A stretch of DNA of 52,014 nucleotides from an uncultured Gammaproteobacteria bacterium (GTDB lineage: Bacteria; Patescibacteriota; Patescibacteriia; Magasanikbacterales; GWA2-37-8). Position numbers and translations under genes: made by a program. The DNA is taken from NCBI GenBank assembly GCA_964403325.1, contig CAYOFO010000002.1, positions 1-52,014 of the forward strand. The letters are read 5' to 3'. Below, piece after piece: positions 26,669 through 35,150 of the stretch (the first letter of the stretch is position 1; each line of letters opens with the position of its first letter). The notes under the pieces are model-generated. The model was given only the letters and a program-made list of their open reading frames with translations. It was not told the origin of the DNA and did not search any database.

Positions 26669-28021
26669 ATGGCAAAAATAAGTTATATAAAATACGTTGA
26701 TATTCTTGAAGCTCGCAGATATGATGCGGAGTATTTTAAGCCTGAGTACTTGAGTTTAGTAAAAAAGTCGTCTAATAAAAAAAGATTCAAAGAATTTCGC
26801 GATCTTAACTTAACTGTTGATGCCAGTGCTTTTTATCCATCAATAGAACCTCTATATAATACTGGAAATTTACCTTTTTTAAGAGTGGCAAATGTTGATA
26901 AGCAGATTGATTACAATTCAGCGGTTACTATTCCAGAAGAAATTTTGAATGACTTTAAAACTATAAAAAAAGCGAATTACGGTGATATTGTTATTACTAA
27001 AGGTGGAAGTGTTGCACGATTAGGGTTTGTGGATAAAGAAAGTGCATTAAGCAGAGATTTAATCGTTATAAATTCATCAAGATTAAGCCCTGGTGATTCT
27101 AAGTATTTGTATTTTTATCTGTTATCAGACTTCTCGAATAGTCTTTTTTTGAGAAGTTCATCTTTGACAGCACAACCTCATTTAACCATTTTTCAAGTAA
27201 GAGAATTGCCTCTATTTTACCCGGAAGAATCATTTAGAAAAGAGGTCGCAGATTTATTTGACCGGTCTGTCCAAAAACAAACGGAGTCCAAACAACTCTA
27301 CCGTGAAGCCGAAGTGTTGCTTTTGCACGAGCTCGGGCTATTGAATTATAAAGTTAAACACTCGCTTTGGTTTACCGCCACCAAACAACAAGTTAAAGCA
27401 GCAAAAAGATATGACAGCGAATATTTCCAACCGAAATACGCGGAGATTATAAAGAAAATCGAAAATTATGAGGGTGGGTGGGATTTTGTAAAAAATCAAT
27501 TCAACCAAAACACTAAACTCTCAAAAAAAGAATGGAACTACTGCAATTACATTGAAATCAGTGATGTAAACACTTCAAATGGAGAAATTACGCCAAATAG
27601 AGTTGAAACAAAAGATATTCCAGCAAATGGGAAAAGAAAATTGTTTAAAAATGACCTGTTGATTTCTAAAGTTAGACCATATCGTGGAGCTGTTTCGTTT
27701 ATTGATTTTGAAGTTGAAAATTTGATTGGAAGTGGGGCATTTACAGTTTTGCAAGAAAAGACGGATTTTAAAAAAGAAGTTTTGATGATATTTTTAAAAA
27801 CACAATTTATAAAAGATTTGCTTTTACGTTATAATTGCGGAACTTCTTACCCTGTAATTAAAGATGAAGATATTTTGAATCTTAAAATTCCTCTCATCAA
27901 ACCACAAATCCAAAAACAAATCGCCGAAAAAATCCAAGAAAGCCACAGGCTAAGAAAGGAAGGCAAAGAGTTGCTCGAAGAAGCCAAAAGAAAGGTGGAA
28001 AAAGAGATAGAAAATGGGTAG
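26669..28021 (+). CDS. restriction-modification specificity (HsdS-like) subunit with two target-recognition domains
   Basis: Internal duplication: RYDAEYFKPEY near the N-terminus and RYDSEYFQPKY at about aa 246. Each is followed by a variable TRD and a conserved helical spacer (…QIAEKIQESHRLRKEGKELLEEAK). Confidence 0.85.
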   Translation: MAKISYIKYVDILEARRYDAEYFKPEYLSLVKKSSNKKRFKEFRDLNLTVDASAFYPSIEPLYNTGNLPFLRVANVDKQIDYNSAVTIPEEILNDFKTIKKANYGDIVITKGGSVARLGFVDKESALSRDLIVINSSRLSPGDSKYLYFYLLSDFSNSLFLRSSSLTAQPHLTIFQVRELPLFYPEESFRKEVADLFDRSVQKQTESKQLYREAEVLLLHELGLLNYKVKHSLWFTATKQQVKAAKRYDSEYFQPKYAEIIKKIENYEGGWDFVKNQFNQNTKLSKKEWNYCNYIEISDVNTSNGEITPNRVETKDIPANGKRKLFKNDLLISKVRPYRGAVSFIDFEVENLIGSGAFTVLQEKTDFKKEVLMIFLKTQFIKDLLLRYNCGTSYPVIKDEDILNLKIPLIKPQIQKQIAEKIQESHRLRKEGKELLEEAKRKVEKEIENG

Positions 28022-28097
28022 CAAAAAGACATTATAGAAATAAATCCCCATCTTGCCGAAATAGTTTTTTCAATTAACCATTTTGACACTAAACACC

Positions 28098-28895
28098 ATG
28101 CGCATCATTTCTTGGAACATCAATGGAATTCGAGCGGTACACAAAAAAGGTTTGTTCGTGCCTTTTGTTGAAAAGTATAAACCGGATATTTTGTGTTTGC
28201 AGGAAACCAAGGCGAAGCAAGACCAGAGCGAAGTCGATTTGCCCGGCTACGAAGAATATTGGAATTCCGCGGTGCGGCCAGGCTACAGTGGCACAGCTAT
28301 TTTTACCAAGCTAAAACCACTTTCCGTAACGCTCGATATTCCCAAAAATATTGCCGAGAAGCATGGTCTTGTGAGCGATGCATATGGCGACCCGAACGCC
28401 GAGGGCAGGGTTACGGCTTTAGAATTTACAGATTACTACGTTGTTACCGTGTATACACCAAACGCTAAAGACGATCTGTCCCGCATTCCTTTGCGCCACA
28501 AGCAGTGGGATCCGGCATTTCTTGATTATGTGTGTCAGCTTGAAAAAAAGAAACCAGTTATATTTTGTGGCGATTTGAATGTGGCACACAGCGAAGACGA
28601 TCTGGCGCGTCCTAAAGAAAATGTGGGTAATAAAGGGTTTACCTATGAAGAGCGCGAGGGGATCGATAACATGGTGAAGCAGAATTTCGTAGACACTTTT
28701 AGAATATTTACCAAAGGCAACGGCCACTACACTTGGTGGAGCCATTTTGGTGGTGCCCGTGCTCGCAATGTTGGTTGGAGAATTGATTATATTTTTGTGA
28801 GTCAGAAATTAGCACCAAAAGTTTCGCAAGCCACCATTCATGCTGATGTTTTAGGATCAGATCATTGTCCAGTAGTGGTTGAAATAGATCTTTAA
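28098..28895 (+). CDS. xth: exodeoxyribonuclease III
   Basis: MRIISWNINGIRA, LCLQETK, GDLNVAH and SDHCPV are canonical ExoIII/APE motifs. The start is trimmed to ATG 28098. Confidence 0.92.
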   Translation: MRIISWNINGIRAVHKKGLFVPFVEKYKPDILCLQETKAKQDQSEVDLPGYEEYWNSAVRPGYSGTAIFTKLKPLSVTLDIPKNIAEKHGLVSDAYGDPNAEGRVTALEFTDYYVVTVYTPNAKDDLSRIPLRHKQWDPAFLDYVCQLEKKKPVIFCGDLNVAHSEDDLARPKENVGNKGFTYEEREGIDNMVKQNFVDTFRIFTKGNGHYTWWSHFGGARARNVGWRIDYIFVSQKLAPKVSQATIHADVLGSDHCPVVVEIDL

Positions 28896-29027
28896 GACAC
28901 ACAAAACTTTCTGTATTTTTTGATATAAATTTCTATTTTTCTGCTCCTACACTCTACATAATGAAAGGTTTATCCCGGAATCAAAAAATCAAGATGAGGG
29001 GGTAAAAGACTGAAACGAAGATAAAAC

Positions 29028-29076
29028 TTGACGTTTAAAATAAAAGAGCGTATATTTATATTTGCAACTTAGTTGC
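29028..29076 (+). promoter_or_regulatory. promoter plus palindromic operator upstream of the metal ABC operon
   Basis: TTGACG (29028-29033), 17-nt spacer, TATATT (29051-29056), then the perfect palindrome GCAACT-T-AGTTGC (29064-29076) around the expected transcription start. Confidence 0.45.
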
Positions 29077-29120
29077 TTTAAGTTTTATAAAATGCTTTTT
29101 CGCAAGAGCGTTATTACTAT

Positions 29121-30044
29121 ATGAAAATAAAAAATCGGTTTATTTTTTTGGTGCTGGCGGGAGTGCTTGCTGTCTTAACTTTTTTTTTAGCACATTTAGG
29201 TGGTGGGTCGTTAGTAACGAAAAATAATCATTCTTCAGGCAAAATTAAAGTCGTGGCGGTCGAAAATTTTTATGGGGATGTAGCTCGGCAGTTGGGTGCG
29301 GACCACATAGAACTAACGAGTATTTTGGTGGGAGCTGATATTGATCCGCATGAGTATGAGCCGACAGTGCAAGATGCGGTAGCGATAAGCGAGGCGCAAA
29401 TAGTAATAATGAACGGTTTGGGGTATGATAGTTGGGTTGAAAAGCTGCTCAAAGCTTCGCCAAAAACAGAGCGGATAGTTATTGTGGCCGGAGAGGTGGC
29501 GCCGCGGCAGTTGCCGAACAACCCGCATGTTTGGTATGGTGTAGATAACATGGCGGTAATAGCGCAGCAAATAGCCCAAGCTTTAGGAACGAGTGATCCT
29601 GTGAGCAGAGTATTTTTTAATGATCGGTTGACTGTTTTTTTAGATTCACTCACACCGCTTGAGCAGGCGATGAGTGCGATCAAAACACGCTATAATGGTA
29701 CGCCCATTGGCCTGACCGAAACGATTTTTTTGTATCAAACAGGGGTGATGGGTTTGGTGGTCAAAACTCCGACTGCCTTTGCTCAAGCTATTGCTGCCGG
29801 AAACGATCCTTCGGTCGACAGTGTGCGCGCCGCCAACAATCAAATAGAACAAAAGCAGATAAAAATTTTAGTGTTGAACGGACAAACCGCCACTCCCATT
29901 ACCAATAATCTAAGACAACAGGCAATGCAAAAGAATATTCCAGTTGTGGCTGTGACGGAAACAATGCCGGCGCAGGCTTCGTATCAAAGCTGGATGATGG
30001 GTCAGCTGCAAGCGTTAGACACCGCTTTACAACAAGCAAATTAA
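29121..30044 (+). CDS. metal (Zn/Mn/Fe) ABC transporter substrate-binding protein, TroA/ZnuA cluster-9 family
   Basis: Signal or anchor segment, then DPHEYEP and NPHVWY motifs typical of cluster A-I metal SBPs. Confidence 0.85.
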   Translation: MKIKNRFIFLVLAGVLAVLTFFLAHLGGGSLVTKNNHSSGKIKVVAVENFYGDVARQLGADHIELTSILVGADIDPHEYEPTVQDAVAISEAQIVIMNGLGYDSWVEKLLKASPKTERIVIVAGEVAPRQLPNNPHVWYGVDNMAVIAQQIAQALGTSDPVSRVFFNDRLTVFLDSLTPLEQAMSAIKTRYNGTPIGLTETIFLYQTGVMGLVVKTPTAFAQAIAAGNDPSVDSVRAANNQIEQKQIKILVLNGQTATPITNNLRQQAMQKNIPVVAVTETMPAQASYQSWMMGQLQALDTALQQAN

Positions 30045-30052
30045 TTTCTCCC

Positions 30053-30820
30053 ATGAAAACACCGCTTATTTTTTTTCGTGATGTGGCCGTACATTTAGGT
30101 GGCCGCACCATTTTTCAGAATCTTAATTTGGCCATTACGGCCGGCGAGTTTGTTGGCATACTTGGACCCAACGGAGCTGGAAAAAGTACACTTCTTAAAC
30201 TATTGCTGGGTCTTATTAAACCAGTCGCCGGAGAGATTTTAGTGCTGGGTGTACCGCCTCGGCAAGGAAATGTGCACATTGGATATGCGCCCCAGCATCG
30301 GGTGCTCGAAACAGACTTGGCGTTGCGCGCTCGCGACGTCGTGGGGTTTGGTATTGATGGGCACAAATGGGGGATAGGTTGGCCGAGCCAAGCGCGCACC
30401 GAACGCATCAACCGTGCTTTGGCGGAAGTAGACGCACTGCATTTGAGCGACGCACCGATTGGTCAACTCTCTGGTGGAGAGCAACAACGTCTCCTCATTG
30501 CTCAAGCGCTTATTACCAACCCATCGGTTTTGCTGCTCGATGAGCCTTTGTCCAATTTAGACATTGCCCACGCGCAGGAAATCATGGCTCTTCTTATGAA
30601 ATTGGCTCGAGAACGCTCGGTAACAATATTATTAGTGTCCCATGATATAAATCCATTGTTGCCGGCGGTAAATAAAGTGGTGTTTGTGGCCAATGGACAT
30701 GCGGCCATTGGACCACCCGACGAAGTAATTACGAGTCAAACTCTTTCGGAGCTTTATGGTTCATCAGTTGAAGTCTTGCGGGCGCTGAATCGGGTATTTG
30801 TGGTGGGAGCCGAAACATAA
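30053..30820 (+). CDS. metal ABC transporter ATP-binding protein
   Basis: Walker A GPNGAGKST, signature LSGGEQQR, Walker B LLLDEP. Confidence 0.9.
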   Translation: MKTPLIFFRDVAVHLGGRTIFQNLNLAITAGEFVGILGPNGAGKSTLLKLLLGLIKPVAGEILVLGVPPRQGNVHIGYAPQHRVLETDLALRARDVVGFGIDGHKWGIGWPSQARTERINRALAEVDALHLSDAPIGQLSGGEQQRLLIAQALITNPSVLLLDEPLSNLDIAHAQEIMALLMKLARERSVTILLVSHDINPLLPAVNKVVFVANGHAAIGPPDEVITSQTLSELYGSSVEVLRALNRVFVVGAET

Positions 30821-30824
30821 CCAT

Positions 30825-31643
30825 ATGTGGCAGCTTCTGCAGTATTCTTTTGTACAGCACGCTTTTTTGGCCGGCACATGTGTAGCTATTATCGCTCCAA
30901 TTGTCGGTTATTTTTTACTTATTCGTGGGCTCACGTTTGCCGGCCATGCCCTTTCCCACATTGGTTTTGCCGGCGCTGCCGGCGCTTTGGTAGTGGGAAT
31001 AGACCCGGTGGTTGGGTTGCTTATTTTTACCTCAAGCGCTGCTTTGGGGATTGGATTTTTTGGCAAACAATTGCGTGAGCGAGATATCACCATTGGAGTT
31101 ATCATGACTTTTATGCTTGGTTTGGGCGCCTTGTTTATATCCCTCTATAGCGGCAATGCTGAACATGCCTACAGTGTTTTATTCGGGACTGTTCTTGGTA
31201 TTAGTACGGCCGATGTTTATATAACACTGGGATTTAGTTTGGCTGTGCTGCTCGGGGTGGTGGTAATTTTTCGACCTCTCTTGTTTAGTTCGTTTGATCC
31301 GGAAGTAGCTGCCGCTCGCGGCGTCTCGGTGCGCTCGCTCGCCATTATTTTTTTGCTTCTGGTGGCTATCACGGTTTCTATGTCGGTGCAGGTGGTGGGC
31401 GTGCTCTTAATTTTTACATTGCTGGTTGGTCCAACTGCCACCGCCAGCCGCCTGGTAAATAAACCGGCACAGACCATTGGCCTTGGGGTGTTGCTGAGTC
31501 TTAGTTATACGTGGATCGGATTGTGGCTCGCGGTGAGCGGTCATTGGCCGGTAACATTTTATATTGCAGCCTTATCCTTTGGCGTGTATGTACCGGTGCG
31601 TTGGCTGGCCACCCCGTTGTCACAAGAAAACAAGTATGTTTGA
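30825..31643 (+). CDS. metal ABC transporter permease (TroC/ZnuB-like)
   Basis: Multi-TM ABC-3 family pattern (FVQHAFLAG..., HIGFAGAAGA, FDPEVAAARGV). Start trimmed to ATG 30825. Confidence 0.88.
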   Translation: MWQLLQYSFVQHAFLAGTCVAIIAPIVGYFLLIRGLTFAGHALSHIGFAGAAGALVVGIDPVVGLLIFTSSAALGIGFFGKQLRERDITIGVIMTFMLGLGALFISLYSGNAEHAYSVLFGTVLGISTADVYITLGFSLAVLLGVVVIFRPLLFSSFDPEVAAARGVSVRSLAIIFLLLVAITVSMSVQVVGVLLIFTLLVGPTATASRLVNKPAQTIGLGVLLSLSYTWIGLWLAVSGHWPVTFYIAALSFGVYVPVRWLATPLSQENKYV

Positions 31644-32484
31644 TATTTTGCACGAAACATTTATACAACACGCTTTTTTGGCCGGCACGTTCATTGCCGT
31701 GGTGACGGCCGTAGTGGGGTATTTTGTAGTGTTGCGGTCCCAGGCATTTGCGGCCCACGCCCTTTCCCACATTGGTTTTGCCGGCGCTGCCGGCGCAGCC
31801 TTCTTCGGGGTAAGTTCTTTGGTAGGAATGTTAACACTCACTATGGCCGCAGCTTTGGGAATAGGACTTATGGAAAAGCGCCTACAAGGCCGGGATATAG
31901 AAATAGGAATGGTGCTCTCGTTTGCTTTGGGCTTAGGTGTTCTTTTTTTACAACTGTATACCCGTGGGGCGAGTCAAACTTTGGGTGTGCTGTTTGGTTC
32001 TCTTTTGAGTGCTTCTTATTTTGATGTATATTTGTCAGCGGGTTTAGCAGTATTTGTTTTGGTGGTGATGGGGGTCTTGTTTCGACCGTTACTCTTTGTG
32101 TCAATTGATCCGGAAGTGGCCGCGGCTCGCGGCGTCCCGGTACGCCTTATCTCGTTGGTTTTTATGTTGGTTTTGGGAATAAGTGTGACTGAAGCTGTGC
32201 AAGTGGTAGGTATTCTCTTGGTATTTGCGCTCTTGGTAGCTCCAGCCGCCGCCGCCCAACATATTACACGCCGCCCAGCTTCGGGTCTTATTTTGACGGT
32301 TGGTTTTGGGTTGTTGTTTACCTGGGGCGGACTCTTTTTAGCTGTCGTGGGGCGTTTTCCGGTGAGTTTTTATATTGCTTCCCTCGCCACAATTACTTAT
32401 TTTATTTGTGTCAGCATTGGACACGTGCTGGTACCCCATCGTTTTGCCGAGCCGGATCATCCGCACAAAGAAGTGCGGGTATAA
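31636..32484 (+). CDS. metal ABC transporter permease (TroD-like paralogue)
   Basis: Paralogue of the preceding permease with the same motifs. ATG 31636 overlaps the upstream stop by 8 nt. Confidence 0.88.
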   Translation: MFDILHETFIQHAFLAGTFIAVVTAVVGYFVVLRSQAFAAHALSHIGFAGAAGAAFFGVSSLVGMLTLTMAAALGIGLMEKRLQGRDIEIGMVLSFALGLGVLFLQLYTRGASQTLGVLFGSLLSASYFDVYLSAGLAVFVLVVMGVLFRPLLFVSIDPEVAAARGVPVRLISLVFMLVLGISVTEAVQVVGILLVFALLVAPAAAAQHITRRPASGLILTVGFGLLFTWGGLFLAVVGRFPVSFYIASLATITYFICVSIGHVLVPHRFAEPDHPHKEVRV

Positions 32485-32567
32485 AATTTTGTTGGGTTGA
32501 ATTGATGATCAAGGGGGTTGAGGTAAGTTCAGCGATGCTTGACTGCCGGGTGGATAAATTTTTGTGT

Positions 32568-32867
32568 ATGGAACATTTTCATTGGCAATTAGCGTCGGTT
32601 GTTTGGTTGTATCCCGGTAAAGCCGGGTGGCATTTTGTGAGTGTGCCAAAAAAAGAATCAAAAGAGATAAAAGAGCGGTGCGGGAAAAAGAAAAAGGGTT
32701 GGGGATCAGTTCCGGTTTTTGCAACCATTGGTAAAACGACTTGGCAAACCTCTCTTTTTCCTGATAAAAAATCGGATGGGTATTTAATGCCCATTAACGC
32801 TGAAGTAAGAAAAAAAGAAAAAATTGTGGCACAGACGATGATTGTATGGGAAATACAATTGTGTTAG
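32568..32867 (+). CDS. DUF1905-family protein
   Basis: ...GKAGWHFVSVPKKESKEIK......GWGSVPVFATIGKTTWQTSLFPDK..GYLMPI pattern. Start uncertain (32505, 32535 or 32568). Confidence 0.6.
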   Translation: MEHFHWQLASVVWLYPGKAGWHFVSVPKKESKEIKERCGKKKKGWGSVPVFATIGKTTWQTSLFPDKKSDGYLMPINAEVRKKEKIVAQTMIVWEIQLC

Positions 32868-32894
32868 AGTGTTTTTGTTATTTCTTTCATTTTT

Positions 32895-34067
32895 ATGAAA
32901 ACTAAGTGTATAGTTGGAGTTGGAGTAGTGGTAATTTTTGCCATCAGTTTGGCGGCTTATCATCTTTATCCCGGAGCCATGCCGATAAACGTAGAAGCGG
33001 CTACGAGCACAGAAATATCCATGCCGAAAGCTCTTACCAACAAGGAATTATTAGCACTGGCCGATAATAAATATGCCGACGGGAACGTGCCATTAAGTGA
33101 TAATAATTATATCACTACCGGAGCCAAAAAAGGCTATGTGTATTTGTGCAACGCCCATCAGGATAACCCGGGTTCTGCGGTCAACGGTCCTTGGATTCAA
33201 GGGAAAAAATGGAATTTTTTAAAAAAAGTATCAATTTCCGGCAGTATCAAGTGGGCGCAGGCCGTATTTAAAAATTCAGTAGCAAAAACCACGCGTACGC
33301 TTACCGGTAATGGTTTGCCGACCACGCATACCACCGGAGTATTTCCCGTCGCAACAACTGATGCGGCCCATCAGTATGACGCCAACCCCAACACAATTTC
33401 CGCCCAAACTTTACAGAAAGATTTACCTTTGAATCCAACTTACTCCAAAACGCCGTATTGCATGGGTGGGGAAGTGGGCATTATGTTAACCGGCGTGCCT
33501 TTATTTAATGCATTTGACGCTGGTTTACGCGATGCTCCAGCCCATGAATTACAAGACAGTTGTGATGGTCATCCCCAAGGATCTGGTGAATATCACTATC
33601 ACAGTCTTAGCGCCTGCTTTAAAAATATTGGTGTATCGACAGTGCTCGGCTATGCGCTTGACGGGTTCCCTATTACCGGCCCGATGGTTGCCAAAGATAA
33701 ATATCTTACCACCGAAGATTTGGACGAGTGCCATGGCATAGTGAGCGAGGTGGTGATAGACGGAAAAAAGAAAAATACTTATCACTATGTCATGACACGT
33801 GATTTCCCCTATTCGGCAGGATGTTTCCGGGGTAAGCCAGTTAGTCTCATGGTTATTCAAAACGGAGGCGGAAAACCAACTCAATCCGGAAACTCAGCTC
33901 AACCCACGGGCATGGGCAATGCACAACCACCAGCTGCCGCCACTTCTGTTTGTAGTGGTAAAACTCGTGGCACTCATTGTACCTTTGCCACCCCACAAGG
34001 AAGTGTGAATGGTCATTGTGATGAGCCGCCGAACATGCAGAGCCTCGTGTGTGTACCAGCTCGGTAA
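32895..34067 (+). CDS. secreted/anchored YHYH-domain protein with Cys-rich C-terminus
   Basis: N-terminal hydrophobic anchor. DGHPQGSGEYHYHS and LDECHG motifs typical of the YHYH family. Four Cys residues lie in the last 45 aa. Confidence 0.7.
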   Translation: MKTKCIVGVGVVVIFAISLAAYHLYPGAMPINVEAATSTEISMPKALTNKELLALADNKYADGNVPLSDNNYITTGAKKGYVYLCNAHQDNPGSAVNGPWIQGKKWNFLKKVSISGSIKWAQAVFKNSVAKTTRTLTGNGLPTTHTTGVFPVATTDAAHQYDANPNTISAQTLQKDLPLNPTYSKTPYCMGGEVGIMLTGVPLFNAFDAGLRDAPAHELQDSCDGHPQGSGEYHYHSLSACFKNIGVSTVLGYALDGFPITGPMVAKDKYLTTEDLDECHGIVSEVVIDGKKKNTYHYVMTRDFPYSAGCFRGKPVSLMVIQNGGGKPTQSGNSAQPTGMGNAQPPAAATSVCSGKTRGTHCTFATPQGSVNGHCDEPPNMQSLVCVPAR

Positions 34068-34317
34068 TAAGATACAAATTTCAGATAGAAAAATACAACT
34101 CTACAAGAACAAGAAAACATAAAAGCATTAGAATACCACTCTCTGCAATCAATTTCTCCACCTGGGCGAAGTAGGGGTAGGTCAAAAATATAAAAACAAT
34201 TTTCATTCTCATTGAGAGTCTGAATTAAGGAGGAGGTGCGAAGACAAACAGTTTTTGGTAAGAGGGTGGTTAGTGTGGTAAAATGGATACACTTTTTATT
34301 TTAAAGTACAAATTTTT

Positions 34318-35013
34318 ATGCTGAAAAAATACACTATTGGTGTGGGGGTGCTTTTAACGGCTGCTTTTTGTTCACAACAAGTTTTAGCGGCCAATTTATT
34401 ACCACAAGATTTTATTGATCTTAATGCCGATCCGGTTATTGCCCAGTGTGGTTTTGAAAATGGGGTACAAAATATGGAAAAAGCTTTAGCGGCTGCCCAG
34501 CTTGAAAATATGGAAAAAACTGGTCGCAAGTCCATTGTGTTGCCTCTCAGCACAAAAGGAACTTTTAGTGTAGAGATACCCTATTCTTCGACTTGGAAAG
34601 CGCGGGGTAAACAGGTGCTGCCGTACACTAAATTTGAGAATGGTTACGGAGTGGGTAGAATTGTCTTAATTGATGAAACAGTCCAGGACACGGCGTGTGA
34701 GCTGGGGAGAAGTTACGTAATTCATACTAAGAAAGGCACTCTGCAGCAGTTGGTCAAAGATACCCAAGCCCAATGGGTATCAAATGAGCAGGAGCGAGAG
34801 GGTGAAACTTTACCCGCCATTTTTATGACACTCGGTGGTAAGAAAGCAGCAGTGTTGCCCGCAGTATTGGTCAATTCGGGTGGAAAAACAATGTATTATA
34901 GTGCTCTGGGAGTAGAGGTGCGGGGTAATGTAGTTATTATCGAAGATCCGAGTTCATACTTATCAGCTCACATTAATGCTGACATGCTGCGTATGGCGGC
35001 GAGCATCAAGTAA
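34318..35013 (+). CDS. hypothetical secreted protein (231 aa)
   Basis: Clear signal peptide (…AAFCSQQVLA). Upstream promoter TTGGTA-N18-(TGg)TAAAAT at 34255-34284. Confidence 0.55.
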   Translation: MLKKYTIGVGVLLTAAFCSQQVLAANLLPQDFIDLNADPVIAQCGFENGVQNMEKALAAAQLENMEKTGRKSIVLPLSTKGTFSVEIPYSSTWKARGKQVLPYTKFENGYGVGRIVLIDETVQDTACELGRSYVIHTKKGTLQQLVKDTQAQWVSNEQEREGETLPAIFMTLGGKKAAVLPAVLVNSGGKTMYYSALGVEVRGNVVIIEDPSSYLSAHINADMLRMAASIK

Positions 35014-35150
35014 GTCCACATTCTTTTTTTCTGGACAATAAGCCAAAAACACCGTAAACTGAAAAGTATTGTTTGCGATTTTTAGAAGTATTTAAAAAAA
35101 TTCTTCATTTTGAGTTAAAGTTTGTTGGAAGTGAAATTTTTGTTAATAGT

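Noticed and set aside
23559-28100. Calling the RM-like cassette a mobile genomic island integrated at tRNA-Ser.
   Set aside because: There is no integrase, recombinase or transposase, and I could find no direct repeat of the tRNA 3' end downstream. Only the composition and the tRNA adjacency support horizontal origin.
32406-32567. N-terminal extension of the DUF1905 ORF, overlapping the 3' end of the permease gene.
   Set aside because: The extension is Cys/Arg-rich nonsense and overlaps the permease CDS by about 80 nt. The DUF1905 homology begins near the internal Met codons.
34226-34300. Strong SD-like AAGGAGGAGGTG followed by a 21-codon GTG ORF in the spacer upstream of 34318.
   Set aside because: The GTG immediately abuts the purine tract, so there is no spacer. 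This genome otherwise lacks SD usage, and the peptide has no features. It is probably fortuitous.
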